Of a DNA stretch of 64,000 nucleotides, positions 36,999 through 49,090 are shown in pieces (position 1 is the first letter of the stretch; every line of letters starts with the position of its first letter). The position numbers were made by a program, and so were the translations under genes. The notes under the pieces were generated by a model. It was not told where the DNA came from and did not search any database. It saw only the letters and a list, made by a program, of their open reading frames with translations. Source of the DNA: Acidobacteriota bacterium (GTDB lineage Bacteria; Acidobacteriota; UBA6911; JACQSX01); the NCBI GenBank assembly GCA_016211105.1, contig JACQSX010000050.1, forward strand, positions 59,347 to 123,346, read 5' to 3'.

Positions 36999-39157
36999 GC
37001 GCGCCCTCCGACTTTCTCAGAACCGTTAACAGGGATCCGCACCGTGACTCGGGTTCCTTTGTCCGGAATGCCCCGAATCGTTAACTCGCCTCCCCAAACC
37101 AGCGCCCGCTCTCGCATGCTCAAAAGTCCAAACGACCTCGAACCGAAATCTCGATCTAGTACAATACCCTTGCCGTTATCTGTGACTTCCAGCACCAAGT
37201 CGCCTTCCTGTAATTTTAAGCCGATCTCCACAGTCGTTGCATTTGCATGGCGGACTACATTGGTCATCGCTTCCTGAAATATGCGGAAGATATCCGTGGA
37301 ACGATCCCGATCTAAAATAATCTCCTCAGGATCGAGAGTCAGCTTACATTCAAGACCAGTCGTCCCTTCCAATTCCTTCGCCTTCCACTCTATGGCGGCT
37401 GACAGGCCCAGGTCATCCAGCACCGCTGGTCTTAAATCGGCTGTAATCCTTCGCACGGATCCGATCGTATGGTCCACCAGTTTGCACATCGACGTGGTCT
37501 TCTCCAACAGCGCTTTCTGACTCGACAACCTCGCTTGCAACCAAGACAGATCCATCTTGAGGATTGTCAACGCCTGGCCCAACTCATCATGGATCATCCT
37601 GGCTGCTTCGGCCCTCTCCTCTTCTCGCACCGACTGCAGATGTTTGGCAAGGCGCCGCAGTTGCGTGCGCGAATCCTTCAGTTGCCGTTCCCGGCGCTTC
37701 AGACGCGTGATGTCTTGTCCAAAAGCAATGACTCCAATGGGTTGATCTGCGGAGTCCAGCAATCGACTCGAATTCCACAACAGCACCTGGAGTTTTCCCT
37801 GCCGTGTTCGGATCGGGTTCTCCAAACCCGTGGTCGGCTCTCCCGCCAGTACCTTCGCTATGTCAGCGGCTACGCCATCCCGGTGCTCTTCGGGCACAAA
37901 TAGTTTGAGATAGCTTTTCCCAAAAACTTCTTCCCGCTTCCAACCATAAAGGTCCTCAGCCGCTCTATTCCACTCAACAATGCGATGATCCGGCGAGAGC
38001 CAGACAAACACGCTCGCTGCGGTATGAATGATCGTCTGCAGCCGTTGTTCTCTTTCTCGCAGAGCGTCCGCAAAACGCTTCTGCTCCGTGATGTCCGTTC
38101 CGGAGCTGAGAGTGCCGATAATGTTTCCCTTTTCATTGGTCAAAATCGTGTTGTGCCATGCAATGAGTCGCTCTTCCCCAGATCCTGTCACAATGGTATT
38201 TTCCAGGTACTCCACCGGGTCTACGTCGCCGGCGATGAGCGACTTAAACGTAGCCCTCACTTCTTCCCTATTTTTTGTGGGATGGCAGAGCTCAAACCAG
38301 TTCTTGCCGATAACGTCTTCTGCTTCATACTCGAGAATACGGCATCCTGCCCGATTGATTAGGGTCACTTTTCCCTCTGTGTCGACCACCACGAGCACGA
38401 CCTCAGCGATGTCGAGATATTTCTTCGCTCTGTCTCGCTCCTCCTCCACCTCCTGAATCAGTCGCTTACGCTCGCTAACGTCGCGGATTGCGGTGATAAT
38501 GAATACTCCTTCCTCGGTATGCAGAGGGCTGAGACTGATTTCGACCGGAAACTCGCTGCCATCCTTACACAAACCATAGAGGTCCAATCCCGGGCCCATC
38601 GGCCGCAGATGGGGGTCACCGAGGTAGCTTTTTAGATACTGCGCATGTTTGCGGCGAAGGCGTTCCGGTACCAAAATTTCAATCGCCGATCCCAACAATT
38701 CCTGGCGGGGGTACCCAAACAACTTTTCTGTCTGAAAGTTCACCAGCGAGATCTTGCCTTCCTTGTTGATCATGATCTTCGCATCAGGTGCGGATTCCAC
38801 CAGTTGTCGAAATTTTGCTTCCCTCTTCAATACCGCCTCTTCCAATCGCTTGCGGTGCAGCGCCAGGATCGCTGTGACCCAAACCGCCAGCAGCGCGAAA
38901 AAATGATCGACGAATCCTTCCCACAAACCACCTCCTGCGTGAGAGTACGGGATCGCAAGAATGATCAGGCTGCTGCAGCCGGCACCCAACATTAGTGTGT
39001 AGCGCCTCCCCGGCAACCACAAAGACATGAGAACCACAACTACATACAGCACGCCGACAGCCAGCGATGGAAAAGCGAGATCGATTTCGAAGATCGTAAT
39101 TGCCGACAAACCGGCGATGATAAGCGCCCATCCAATGGCGTCTGTGGTTTCCTTCAT
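36995..39157 (-). CDS. membrane-anchored multi-PAS sensor histidine kinase (HisKA_3/HATPase_c)
   Basis: N-terminal TM helices, several PAS-like segments, [16 protein letters not shown]-box, C-terminal ATPase. Confidence 0.9.
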   Translation of the reverse strand: MKETTDAIGWALIIAGLSAITIFEIDLAFPSLAVGVLYVVVVLMSLWLPGRRYTLMLGAGCSSLIILAIPYSHAGGGLWEGFVDHFFALLAVWVTAILALHRKRLEEAVLKREAKFRQLVESAPDAKIMINKEGKISLVNFQTEKLFGYPRQELLGSAIEILVPERLRRKHAQYLKSYLGDPHLRPMGPGLDLYGLCKDGSEFPVEISLSPLHTEEGVFIITAIRDVSERKRLIQEVEEERDRAKKYLDIAEVVLVVVDTEGKVTLINRAGCRILEYEAEDVIGKNWFELCHPTKNREEVRATFKSLIAGDVDPVEYLENTIVTGSGEERLIAWHNTILTNEKGNIIGTLSSGTDITEQKRFADALREREQRLQTIIHTAASVFVWLSPDHRIVEWNRAAEDLYGWKREEVFGKSYLKLFVPEEHRDGVAADIAKVLAGEPTTGLENPIRTRQGKLQVLLWNSSRLLDSADQPIGVIAFGQDITRLKRRERQLKDSRTQLRRLAKHLQSVREEERAEAARMIHDELGQALTILKMDLSWLQARLSSQKALLEKTTSMCKLVDHTIGSVRRITADLRPAVLDDLGLSAAIEWKAKELEGTTGLECKLTLDPEEIILDRDRSTDIFRIFQEAMTNVVRHANATTVEIGLKLQEGDLVLEVTDNGKGIVLDRDFGSRSFGLLSMRERALVWGGELTIRGIPDKGTRVTVRIPVNGSEKVGGRA

Positions 39158-39239
39158 GGAGTTATCTGATCCGATTTGAAATCAGCGAAGCTTATATTCT
39201 GAATGGCTGATCTCCTCTCGTAAGACACATCCCGTTCCT

Positions 39240-39665
39240 TCACTTCCCCGCGGGAAAGCGAATGCGTTTCCAAATGCTGACCACGAACATGGATATCCCA
39301 AGCATTTGCAGCAATGAAGAGATGATCAGGAGATTACCCGCCGGCTGCCAATCCGCAAACGGTTCAAAAACGAAGCGCAAAATCAATCCCAGGTTCAACA
39401 GGAAATAGTTCGCCCACGCCATAGGTTCGCGCCCGACCTCGCGCAGCGGCACTCCAGACGGACGCGGAAACATCCAGTACGCCACGCCCATAATCATCAT
39501 CATGACAAATCCGACACTGATCATATGATTATGAATTGTGACAAAGTGGTGCGGCATATTGATCCTGAACCATCCTTTGTTTGCCAGCATAAATCCACCT
39601 AAGGCGGTTCCTAAAATCAAATAGACGATGGCCGTCTTCACGAACAGTCGGTGCAACGTCAACAT
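39240..39665 (-). CDS. integral membrane protein, 4 predicted TM helices, function unknown
   Basis: Hydrophobic 141-aa ORF with His cluster HHFVTIHNHM. Confidence 0.55.
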   Translation of the reverse strand: MLTLHRLFVKTAIVYLILGTALGGFMLANKGWFRINMPHHFVTIHNHMISVGFVMMMIMGVAYWMFPRPSGVPLREVGREPMAWANYFLLNLGLILRFVFEPFADWQPAGNLLIISSLLQMLGISMFVVSIWKRIRFPAGK

Positions 39666-40001
39666 CCTCTCTCTCCTAACGTTTCGAAGCGGTCAACAAA
39701 TCAGCGATGGTACTACCGAGTTGGACTCGCAGAGAAACAAAACATAGCAATGGGATCGTCAAAAAGTTACATCTCATTCTCATTCTTCCATCGGTTTCAA
39801 AGCAGCCTCACTGGCCACCGACTCGGCACGGTAGGCGATCATCCCTGAGTCCGCAGCAAGAACGGTGCCAAAGAACTCCAAATTTCAGGTAGATTCAGAT
39901 AGAAGCGGATACACTACCTCCGGTACGGCCTGAGCCGTGGCGTTCCCATAATGAATTGCGAGCGGCCCAAGCGCGATCTATTCTCTTTGCAGGAGGCTGC
40001 T

Positions 40002-42422
40002 ATGAAACTCAATGCCACCCGAAGCAGGCTCGCCAAGAACAGGACGACAAAACAGGCATCGGCGCAAGGACCTCTTTCGGCGGAAGAACTGCGCAAGATG
40101 AACGCCTACTGGCGTGCGGCAAACTATCTCTCGGTCGGGCAGATTTACCTGCACGACAATCCTCTGCTGCACGAACCGCTGAAGCTCGAGCATACCAAGC
40201 CGAGACTGCTCGGCCACTGGGGCACCACGCCGGGGCTCAACTTCATTTACGTGCATCTCAACCGTGTGATTAAGACGCACGATCTGAATGTCATTTACAT
40301 CACCGGACCCGGGCATGGCGGCCCCGGCCTAGTAGCCAACACATATCTCGAGGGAACCTACACCGACTTCTATCCCAACATCTCGCGAGATACCGAGGGC
40401 TTGAAGAAGTTATTCACGCAGTTCTCGTTCCCAGGCGGCATCCCAAGTCACGCTGCCCCGGAGACTCCCGGGTCGATCCACGAAGGTGGCGAACTCGGGT
40501 ACGCGCTGGTGCACGCTTACGGCGCAGTCTTTGACAATCCAGATCTACTGGCAGCTTGCGTCGTGGGCGACGGCGAGGCAGAAACCGGTCCCTTAGCCGC
40601 GAGCTGGCACTCCAACAAGTTCCTCAATCCGGCCCGTGATGGCGTTGTCCTTCCCATTTTACATCTGAATGGCTACAAGATCGCCAACCCGACAGTCTTG
40701 GCGCGCATGAGCGAGAAAGAACTGGCGAGCCTCTTTGTCGGTTATGGTTACAATCCATACTTTGTCGCGGGCGATGAACCGGAAACGACGCATCAACTCA
40801 TGGCGCGGACACTCGATACCGTGCTTGCCGAGATCCAGGCAATCCAGAGAGAGACCCGAACCAAAGGTTTCTCCGGGCGTCCGCAGTGGCCGATGATCGT
40901 GTTGCGCACACCCAAAGGATGGACTGGACCAAAGATAGTGGATGGTTTACCGGCCGAGAATTCGTTTCGCTCGCATCAGGTTCCATTAGCAGAGCTGGCT
41001 AGCAAGCCTGAACATCTAAAGATGCTCGAAGAGTGGATGCGTAGCTACAAGCCAGAAGAACTCTTCGATGAAAATGGACGGTTCCTGCCGGAGCTCGCCG
41101 AACTCGCCCCTCAGGACGAACGTCGCATGGGAGCCAACCCCCACGCCAACGGTGGATTGCTGCTTAAAGATTTGAAGCTGCCGGATTTTCGCGATTACGC
41201 CGTTGACGTCGCCAAACCGGGAACCGTTGAGGCAGAAGCAACACGCGTGATGGGTCGCTTTCTGCGTGACGTGATGAAGCGCAATGCCGACAGCCGTAAT
41301 TTCCGCGTGATGGGACCGGATGAAACTGCTTCCAACCGCCTTGATGCTCTCTTTGAGGTAACCGACCGGGTCTTCACGGGCACTACGTTACCCGGCGATG
41401 ACCATGTCTCTCCGGACGGGCGGGTGATGGAAGTCCTGAGCGAGCACATGTGCCAAGGCTGGCTTGAGGGTTATCTGCTGACCGGACGCCACGGCTTTTT
41501 CTCTTGCTACGAGGCGTTCATCCACATCGTTGATTCAATGTTCAACCAGCACGCCAAGTGGCTGAAAGTCACGCGCCACATCCCCTGGCGTCGTCCGATT
41601 GCATCGCTTAACTATTTGCTCACCTCACACGTCTGGCGACAGGATCACAACGGCTTCAGCCATCAGGACCCCGGCTTCATCGATCATGTTGTCAACAAGA
41701 AGGCGGAGGTGGTTCGGGTCTATTTCCCGCCCGACGCCAACACCTTGCTCTGCGTGACCGACCACTGCCTGCGCAGCCGCCACTACGTCAACGTTATTGT
41801 AGCGGGCAAGCAACCCACGCTGCAGTACCTCGATATAGATACGGCGATCAGGCACTGTGCCGCAGGAATCGGCATCTGGGAATGGGCGAGTAACGACCAT
41901 GGCACAGAGCCGGACACGGTCATGTGCTGTGCTGGAGACGTTCCGACGCTGGAGACACTCGCTGCCGTGGATATTCTCCGCCGGCGTTTGCCGTACTTAA
42001 GAATCCGCGTGGTCAACGTCGTTGATTTGATGACGCTTCAACCTGCGAGCGAACATCCGCACGGATTGTCGGACAGAGACTTCGATTCTCTCTTTACGAC
42101 TGACAAGCCGATCGTCTTCGCATTTCACGGTTACCCGTGGTTGATCCACCGGCTGACCTATCGGCGGACGAATCACAGGAACCTTCATGTGCGCGGATAC
42201 AAAGAGGAGGGAACGACCACCACCCCGTTCGACATGACCGTGCTGAACGATCTTGACCGCTTCCACTTGGTCGAGGATGTCATCGATCGCTTGCCGAATT
42301 TGGGATCGAAGGCTGCACACGTCAAACAGGAGATGCGCACTCACATCCTCGAACATAAGCAGTACATTCGCAAGTACGGTGATGACATGCCTGAGATTCG
42401 GGACTGGAGGTGGCAGTACTGA
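40002..42422 (+). CDS. xfp: phosphoketolase (xylulose-5-phosphate/fructose-6-phosphate)
   Basis: [44 protein letters not shown] motifs; AGGAGG 5 nt upstream of ATG 40002. Confidence 0.9.
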   Translation: MKLNATRSRLAKNRTTKQASAQGPLSAEELRKMNAYWRAANYLSVGQIYLHDNPLLHEPLKLEHTKPRLLGHWGTTPGLNFIYVHLNRVIKTHDLNVIYITGPGHGGPGLVANTYLEGTYTDFYPNISRDTEGLKKLFTQFSFPGGIPSHAAPETPGSIHEGGELGYALVHAYGAVFDNPDLLAACVVGDGEAETGPLAASWHSNKFLNPARDGVVLPILHLNGYKIANPTVLARMSEKELASLFVGYGYNPYFVAGDEPETTHQLMARTLDTVLAEIQAIQRETRTKGFSGRPQWPMIVLRTPKGWTGPKIVDGLPAENSFRSHQVPLAELASKPEHLKMLEEWMRSYKPEELFDENGRFLPELAELAPQDERRMGANPHANGGLLLKDLKLPDFRDYAVDVAKPGTVEAEATRVMGRFLRDVMKRNADSRNFRVMGPDETASNRLDALFEVTDRVFTGTTLPGDDHVSPDGRVMEVLSEHMCQGWLEGYLLTGRHGFFSCYEAFIHIVDSMFNQHAKWLKVTRHIPWRRPIASLNYLLTSHVWRQDHNGFSHQDPGFIDHVVNKKAEVVRVYFPPDANTLLCVTDHCLRSRHYVNVIVAGKQPTLQYLDIDTAIRHCAAGIGIWEWASNDHGTEPDTVMCCAGDVPTLETLAAVDILRRRLPYLRIRVVNVVDLMTLQPASEHPHGLSDRDFDSLFTTDKPIVFAFHGYPWLIHRLTYRRTNHRNLHVRGYKEEGTTTTPFDMTVLNDLDRFHLVEDVIDRLPNLGSKAAHVKQEMRTHILEHKQYIRKYGDDMPEIRDWRWQY

Positions 42423-42621
42423 TCCGACGTTGAATATCGGAACGAGTTATCGCATCAAGACACGTGCCCCCAATCACTTCTGCGAATAATAGTGGCTTTG
42501 GCGGGAGAAGACCCAATCCTTGTCAAAGGGCGGCCGCTATTTAATGCAAGTTCAAAACTCTTCTTGGCCCCTCCGCCAATCAGCCTGAAATCCGAACCAA
42601 CATTCAAGAGGTTGCGACTCG

Positions 42622-43833
42622 TCAGATCGACGCCGTAAATGATGGCGGCGACGAATCACAGTGACTTATCTCTACTGGCGGTGATGACCGGTCGTTGCCG
42701 AAACCGGCCCGTCCTTGAAAAAATTCCGCCAAGCTGGAGAGTTTGTTTTTTCTCAGAATTCGCACCAATCCCTGATTGATGCGCCTGACAATCGATGGTC
42801 CACGATAGATCAGGCCGGTATGCAATTGCACCAGCGTAGCGCCCAGATTCAAGTACTCCCAAACTTCCTCTGCCGGATCCTTGCCGGGAGTACATCCAAT
42901 CCCCCCACAGGCAATGATGGGAATCCTCCGGGCGGTCCTCGCTGATACCTTTTCCACCATTTCTTCAACGTACGTTTTCAACGGTCGCCCGCTGAGGCCA
43001 CCGAAACCAAATCTCTCCAGCACATATTTTGGAGTCTTGAGGTTCTCGCGGCGCACCGTCGTATTAGCAATGACAAAGCCATCGATGTTGTGTTGCGCGG
43101 CGAGCGCTACGATCCGATCCAAGACATGGTCCTCAAGATCGGGCGAGAGCTTAATGAGAACTGGCTTCCTGCGGCTGCCGTCAGCCAGGAGTTCGGCGGT
43201 GCGCTTTCCCATCCGCTCGAGAAGCGGAGCCAGCAATTCGGGGTCTTCGAAAGTCCGCCCCTCAATTGTATTGGGACAACTCAGATTTAAGGTGATGAAA
43301 TCGGCCAGAGGGTAAAACTTCGAAAAGCCCTGCAGATAGTCTTCAATAGCATGTTCACCGGAGATCGTGGGATCGGCAGTCTTTACAAGATTGATCCCGG
43401 TCGGGATCTCAAATCTTACATTGCAAAGGCGGCCGTAAACGACTTCGCTTCCTTCACTGTTAAGACCTAGGCGGTTGATTAAGCCTCCGTCCAGGGGAAG
43501 TCGCAAAAGCGTCGGAGAGGGATTGCCTAGCCAGGGCTGGTAGCTGACCGATCCGATTTCCATGTGCCCAAACCCGAGGCCCGCCATAATCGGATATACG
43601 TAGCCATGTTTGTCAAATCCGGCAGCCAGACCCACAGGATTCTGAAATCTTAAACCGAAAGCCTCCACGCGCAATTCTTCGTACTGGACACTGAATGCCT
43701 TATGTAACCAACGACAAGCTACCGCAGATTTGGAGAGCTGAGATCCGGCACGGATCGTCTGCCGGTGCACAAACTCTGGATCTAGCGCAAAAAGCAACGG
43801 CCGAATAATTCTGGAATATAGTACGGCATTCAT
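42622..43833 (-). CDS. pyrD: dihydroorotate dehydrogenase (quinone), class 2, with C-terminal extension
   Basis: N-terminus YSRIIRPLLFALDPEFVHR resembles class-2 PyrD; GLAAGFDKHG, LSCPNT, IIACGGIG motifs. Confidence 0.85.
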   Translation of the reverse strand: MNAVLYSRIIRPLLFALDPEFVHRQTIRAGSQLSKSAVACRWLHKAFSVQYEELRVEAFGLRFQNPVGLAAGFDKHGYVYPIMAGLGFGHMEIGSVSYQPWLGNPSPTLLRLPLDGGLINRLGLNSEGSEVVYGRLCNVRFEIPTGINLVKTADPTISGEHAIEDYLQGFSKFYPLADFITLNLSCPNTIEGRTFEDPELLAPLLERMGKRTAELLADGSRRKPVLIKLSPDLEDHVLDRIVALAAQHNIDGFVIANTTVRRENLKTPKYVLERFGFGGLSGRPLKTYVEEMVEKVSARTARRIPIIACGGIGCTPGKDPAEEVWEYLNLGATLVQLHTGLIYRGPSIVRRINQGLVRILRKNKLSSLAEFFQGRAGFGNDRSSPPVEISHCDSSPPSFTASI

Positions 43834-44004
43834 CGTCTTTAATTGTAGCACCTTAGATTCTGAAGAATTTGTAAGGAAAACTTAAGATCAAAGGGATGTC
43901 GACCCATAGTAAAGAATTGACGTGAGGCGCGGCAAGACGAGGGAATACTTTGGGTACTACCAAAATGGAAAACAGGACAAGAAAGACGAAGAGGAGTTTT
44001 GACG

Positions 44005-44934
44005 ATGAAGAGCCAAATTATTGTCAAGAGAACCACCATTGTCGGCCTGCAAGTGATGATCTGTCTTTGCGGCGCGACCGGCATGTTTAGCCAGACAATC
44101 CGACTGAATACAGACAAGATCGAGCGACTCACCGGCGCAAAGGGCGTGTGGAACGAGAAAGAGGGAGTATTTAAGGTCAGCGTGCCACGCCCAGACCTCA
44201 GCGTCACCGCGGCGGGAGTGAAGCTGACACCAGCGTTGGGCCTTACATCTTGGGCGGCCTTTGAAAAGGTCGGCAACCAAACGATGGTTATGGGAGACAC
44301 AGTGTTGCTTGAAGACCAAGTCAATCCGGTCATGAGTGTGGCGCTGGACAACGGACTGGAGATCACCGCCTTGCATAACCACTTCTTTTGGGATTCTCCG
44401 AAAGTGATGTTCATGCACATCGCCGGGTTGGGGGATGAAGAAAAACTGGGGTACGCGGTGGGCAAAGTGTTGGCAAAGATCAAAGAGACGAGCGGAAACA
44501 GGGGTATCGTGCCCCGAGCTGACATAGATCCTGCAAGAACTTCCCTTGCTTCAAAAAGAATCGAAGACATCCTTGGCTTCAAGGGAGACATGGTCCAAGG
44601 AGTCTACAAGATCACCATCGGCCGGACGGCACGCATGCACGGCCATGAGGTTGGCAACACCATGGGCGTCAATACCTGGGCGGCGTTTGCCGGCAGCGAT
44701 GATCAGGCGGTCGTCGATGGGGACTTCGTTACGTATGAAGATGAATTACAGCCGGTACTAAAGGCATTGCGTGCCGCAAACATCAACATCGTGGCCATCC
44801 ATAATCACATGCAAGGCGAAACCCCTCGCACTGTTTTTCTTCATTACTGGGGCCTCGGTTCTACGACAGAACTGGCCCGAGGACTGAAGGGCGCTCTGGA
44901 CCACCAAAGGGCCAAAAAGGAAATGGCACGCTGA
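44005..44934 (+). CDS. DUF1259 (LppY/LpqO-like) secreted protein
   Basis: Duplicated ALHNHFF / AIHNHMQGE motifs; signal peptide; GAGGAG 8 nt upstream. Confidence 0.7.
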   Translation: MKSQIIVKRTTIVGLQVMICLCGATGMFSQTIRLNTDKIERLTGAKGVWNEKEGVFKVSVPRPDLSVTAAGVKLTPALGLTSWAAFEKVGNQTMVMGDTVLLEDQVNPVMSVALDNGLEITALHNHFFWDSPKVMFMHIAGLGDEEKLGYAVGKVLAKIKETSGNRGIVPRADIDPARTSLASKRIEDILGFKGDMVQGVYKITIGRTARMHGHEVGNTMGVNTWAAFAGSDDQAVVDGDFVTYEDELQPVLKALRAANINIVAIHNHMQGETPRTVFLHYWGLGSTTELARGLKGALDHQRAKKEMAR

Positions 44935-45002
44935 AATCATCCCATTCTCCAACGTGGATGGCAACGGGCTCGGATCAATGCAGATAGGGTCCCCTATTTC
45001 CT

Positions 45003-45632
45003 CTATTTCCAATGGGAGATATCTCTGTCCATCTCCAGTACCCATGCTTGATCCTGCCGTTTCAGTCTGCTCAAACAGCAGCAGGGAGTCTGGGCGAAAA
45101 AAGTGTCCCGATCTTCAAGAGATTTTCGCAGCAACTGGAGCATGGTACCCAAAAGCGATACACCATGCCCCACCAGTAGAATACTTCCAGCAAAGCCGCT
45201 GGTCAGACGTTCTGCCGCCTCACCCGTGCGCCGCAGCGCTGCACCATCATTCTCAGGATATTCCGGCGCGAGATAGGATTTGTAACCGGAATCCACCCGG
45301 GGGAAGCGTTTGGCGAGCGTCTCGAGAGACAGCGTCTGCGGCTCGTACGGAAACCACTCTGGATTCAGCCACTCGCTCAGACCTGACTCAATTTTGATGG
45401 GTAATTGAAGGAGCTGCGCGATCTGGTCAGCCGTTTGGACACAGCGAAGAAAAGGGGAAGAAAAGATGTGATCGATCTTCTCTGCGAGGAGCCGGTCGCC
45501 GAGCAGCCGCGCCTGCAGCATTCCATCTGCGGACAGCGGCGGATCATAGGGCCACTCGGCCGTGTTGAACCATTCTGGATCGACAAAATCCAGGCGATTT
45601 CCGTGTCTCGCAATCCAGACGATCTCAGTCAT
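45003..45632 (-). CDS. histidine phosphatase family protein (phosphoglycerate-mutase-like)
   Basis: RHG catalytic motif VWIARHGNR and downstream LVGHG. Confidence 0.75.
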   Translation of the reverse strand: MTEIVWIARHGNRLDFVDPEWFNTAEWPYDPPLSADGMLQARLLGDRLLAEKIDHIFSSPFLRCVQTADQIAQLLQLPIKIESGLSEWLNPEWFPYEPQTLSLETLAKRFPRVDSGYKSYLAPEYPENDGAALRRTGEAAERLTSGFAGSILLVGHGVSLLGTMLQLLRKSLEDRDTFFAQTPCCCLSRLKRQDQAWVLEMDRDISHWK

Positions 45633-45689
45633 GCCACCGGATTGCAATCACAATGCACTGGCCGGAATGTGAAATTGGACGGGATTTGC

Positions 45690-46325
45690 TCATTTGCCAA
45701 TGATGGAGGAAACTTTATCAGTGTGCTTGCGGGCCACCTTCCAAATCGTACTTAGCACGGCTCCGCGGGCCATAATCCGACCAGTGGCGTCCCCTGAAGT
45801 CGGAATCGAATATTTCTTCTGCAAGCTGCTGCCGGGTTCGTAGTCTGCAGACATGAAGTCATACCGGATCATTTCCTCCCAGGCAGTAATGGCATCCGCA
45901 TATGCTTCCACTGCAAGACCGATCTCTTTCCTCAATTCTCTCGGACTCACGCGACGCAGGCATTCACTCACCTCGGCCTTGACATCGTTGACCTTGGAAT
46001 TGTATTCGCGCAAGGTCATTTTCTCATTGGCGGCCTTTTCCAATTTCTTTAAGGCCGCAAGAGCCCGCTCCACGGCAGCGATTTCTTCACTCTTTGTTTC
46101 CGAGATGGACTTTGCCTCTTCCGCTTTGGCCGGATCGATGGATGACGTGTTGGAGTCGCTCTGCATCTTCGCGCCAGTCGCAAAGCGGGCCCTATCCGCC
46201 CCACGTGGCTCTCGCGTAGCTGCCGGCGCACGCCCAACGGCGAGCCTTAACGCAGATAGCAACGACGGGCAGACCATCATGGCGCTGAATAGAACAACCA
46301 ACCGGACCAACCGCAGTCTTTTCAT
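45690..46325 (-). CDS. secreted hypothetical protein with signal peptide
   Basis: GGGAGGA RBS before ATG 46325; N-terminal MKRLRLVRLVVLFSAMMVCPSLLSA; the longer track ORF rejected. Confidence 0.55.
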   Translation of the reverse strand: MKRLRLVRLVVLFSAMMVCPSLLSALRLAVGRAPAATREPRGADRARFATGAKMQSDSNTSSIDPAKAEEAKSISETKSEEIAAVERALAALKKLEKAANEKMTLREYNSKVNDVKAEVSECLRRVSPRELRKEIGLAVEAYADAITAWEEMIRYDFMSADYEPGSSLQKKYSIPTSGDATGRIMARGAVLSTIWKVARKHTDKVSSIIGK

Positions 46326-46439
46326 CAATCCTCCCATGGTTGCGATGAGAAGGAAACCAGTATAAGTAAAGTTTTTGTTAAGAATGTAAAATTTTAGGGG
46401 CCGGCGATTTGAACGCAAGCGGGATGCTACAATCGCCGC

Positions 46440-48275
46440 ATGAGTTTCTGGAGACAACCAGCCTTGCGGATGTCGATCCTCATTGCCGTGCTGCTGGCTC
46501 TGCTTGCGTTGCTGGCCACGCTGCAGTATCGATGGATGGGAGAAGTAAGCGAGGCGGAGCTGCAGCGCATGCGGTCGAGCTTGCGTGCCGACGTCTTTCG
46601 CCTCACTCAAGAGTTCGACGGCGAACTGACCCGAATTTATCGCAGTTTCAACCTTCAGGTTGATTTCAATGACGCAGGGGATTCGTTTGGCCACTATGGG
46701 TGGCTGGAAGACCAATACGCGCACCGCTACCGCCAGTGGTTGGCAGTTGCGCCCTATCCCCGGCTCGTGCACGACTTGTTCTGGGTGGACATGGACAGAA
46801 GCGATGAACTGCGGATATCACGCTTTAATCGAGAGACTAACCACCTGGAATTAAGTAGCTGGCCTGCCGAGCTTGCTGACTGGCGCGGTCGATTTACCGA
46901 GCGCCTGCGAAATCGCGGTATGGCGTTTCGGCCATCGTTTGGAACGGCATTGGACCCGACGGTCGAAGATCTCCCGGAATTGGTAATTCCACTGCGACAC
47001 CGTCCTCGTTTTTCAGACGGTCCTAGATTGAATCCACCAGCCATCGTCGGTTTCTCCGTCGTCCGGCTGGACCGTATTTACCTGGAACAGGAGTTTGTCC
47101 CGGCGCTCGCCAGGCGGTACTTTCCCGGCACTGAGGGGATGAGCGACTATGCACTGGTAATAGTAAGCCGGAGGAATCCGGAGAGAATCATCTATCAATC
47201 TGATCCGAAGCTATCGGCCTCGGTGCGCAGTTCCCCGGACGCGGCAGCGACCTTTTTTACCTTGCGCTTTGAGGCGCTCCAGAACCGTCCTGCAGACGGC
47301 TTTTCGGGCAGGATCGACAGACCCGGATCGTTCCGCCGCGGAGCAAACTTCGCCGCTCCGGGATTACCTCCAATTCCGGCGCCGCGACCGGAAGGTCGTT
47401 GGCAGTTGACCATCAAGCATCGCGGCGGCTCTTTGAAGGATGTAGTTGGCAGCGCGCGGCGGCGAAACCTCATGATCAGCTTTACCGTCCTTATGCTTTT
47501 GGGGACCAGCATGACGCTGATCATCATCGTTACCCAGCGCGCGCAAAAGCTTGCCAGACAGCAGATGGATTTTGTGGCTGGCGTTTCTCACGAGTTACGT
47601 ACGCCATTAGCCGTGGTCTGCTCGGCAGGCGAGAACCTCGCCGACGGAATCATCCGTGACCAACAGCAGGTAAAGCAATATGGCGGGTTGGTTCTAAATG
47701 AAGGGCGACGCCTTACTAGAATGGTAGAACAGATCCTCGAATTTGCAGGCATCCAGTCGGGCCGGAGAATCTATGAGATGCGTCCCATCAGACCGGGGCA
47801 ACTCATCGATAGCGCGCTTGCGGCCTGTGAACCTCACTTGAAAGAGGCCGACATTCAGTTGCAGACGGAAATCGAAAACGATTTGCCTTTAATAAAAGGG
47901 GATTCTGCCGCCTTGATCGGTTCCATTCAGAACCTGCTGATCAACGCGATTAAGTACGGAGGTGTAAACCGCTGGATCAAACTGCAAGCTCAGGCGATGA
48001 CCGGCAAGCGAGGTCAGGAAGTACGAATTACCATTGAGGACAAAGGATTGGGCATTGCGCGGACGGATCTGCCGCATATATTCGATCCATTTTACCGCGG
48101 GCGGGTAGTGCTCGCTGCGCAGATTCACGGCAACGGTTTGGGCTTGAGCCTCGTAAAAAGTGCCATCGAGGCCCATGGGGGGAGAGTTACCGTAAAGAGC
48201 AGCCCCGGCCAGGGCAGCGTCTTCACGCTGCACTTTCCCGCTTTACCTCGGACCGCGAGGGAATCTTTCAAGTAG
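46440..48275 (+). CDS. sensor histidine kinase (HisKA/HATPase_c) with N-terminal membrane/periplasmic region
   Basis: H-box HELRTPLAV, G-boxes; N-terminal TM helix. Confidence 0.85.
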   Translation: MSFWRQPALRMSILIAVLLALLALLATLQYRWMGEVSEAELQRMRSSLRADVFRLTQEFDGELTRIYRSFNLQVDFNDAGDSFGHYGWLEDQYAHRYRQWLAVAPYPRLVHDLFWVDMDRSDELRISRFNRETNHLELSSWPAELADWRGRFTERLRNRGMAFRPSFGTALDPTVEDLPELVIPLRHRPRFSDGPRLNPPAIVGFSVVRLDRIYLEQEFVPALARRYFPGTEGMSDYALVIVSRRNPERIIYQSDPKLSASVRSSPDAAATFFTLRFEALQNRPADGFSGRIDRPGSFRRGANFAAPGLPPIPAPRPEGRWQLTIKHRGGSLKDVVGSARRRNLMISFTVLMLLGTSMTLIIIVTQRAQKLARQQMDFVAGVSHELRTPLAVVCSAGENLADGIIRDQQQVKQYGGLVLNEGRRLTRMVEQILEFAGIQSGRRIYEMRPIRPGQLIDSALAACEPHLKEADIQLQTEIENDLPLIKGDSAALIGSIQNLLINAIKYGGVNRWIKLQAQAMTGKRGQEVRITIEDKGLGIARTDLPHIFDPFYRGRVVLAAQIHGNGLGLSLVKSAIEAHGGRVTVKSSPGQGSVFTLHFPALPRTARESFK

Positions 48276-48348
48276 GAGTCTCGCAAGGCGACGGCACCTC
48301 TATTTGAACCGCTGAGGACCAATCTTACTGACATATGACTCACCAACC

Positions 48349-49038
48349 ATGAAGTCTCGCATCTTGCTGATCGAAGACGAGCCGGGTCTGGTATTGACTT
48401 TGAAGGATCGGCTGGCTCAGGAAAGCTATACAGTGGAGGCCGTCTCGGACGGCGAAGCCGGTCTGGCGCGCGCCACGAAGGAACTCTATGACCTGATCAT
48501 TTTGGACGTGATGCTGCCGTCCAAAAATGGCTTCGACGTATGCCGGGACCTTCGGCAGCGCGGCATCGCTACGCCTATCCTTATGCTGACGGCGCGCGGT
48601 CAGGTTGTTGACAAGGTCCTGGGATTGAAACTTGGAGCGGATGATTATCTCAGCAAACCATTCGAAATGATTGAGCTGCAAGCGCGGATGGAAGCGCTTC
48701 TCAGACGCGCGCCTGCCCTGGCTAAGTCGTCCCAAGAGATCTACCAGTTTGGCGACATCCGTGTTGATTTTCTCAGTGCCGAAGTGACCCGAAACGGAAG
48801 GAAGCTGGAACTTGCTGCAAGAGAATTTCAACTGCTGCGCTATTTCATCGAGCATCGGGGCATTGCGCTGTCACGAGATAAACTTCTGGACGAAGTCTGG
48901 GGCTACAACGCGACGCCCTCCACTCGCACCGTCGATGTCCACGTGGCTTGGCTGAGACAAAAGATTGAACCGAATCCTAGCCATCCCCAATTCCTACTGA
49001 CCGTACACCGTCTCGGTTATAAGTTCATCGGCTCATGA
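48349..49038 (+). CDS. response regulator, OmpR/PhoB family (winged-helix)
   Basis: Receiver domain ILLIEDEP...LDVMLP plus winged-helix C-terminus. Confidence 0.9.
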   Translation: MKSRILLIEDEPGLVLTLKDRLAQESYTVEAVSDGEAGLARATKELYDLIILDVMLPSKNGFDVCRDLRQRGIATPILMLTARGQVVDKVLGLKLGADDYLSKPFEMIELQARMEALLRRAPALAKSSQEIYQFGDIRVDFLSAEVTRNGRKLELAAREFQLLRYFIEHRGIALSRDKLLDEVWGYNATPSTRTVDVHVAWLRQKIEPNPSHPQFLLTVHRLGYKFIGS

Positions 49039-49090
49039 TTGATTCACTCGATCCCCAGGCAAGGAGGTGATCTTTCTGTCCAGGTTACGG

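Noticed and set aside
45853-46365. 170-aa plus-strand ORF
   Set aside because: Antisense to the secreted protein gene 45690-46325, which has a strong RBS and signal peptide; no features of its own.
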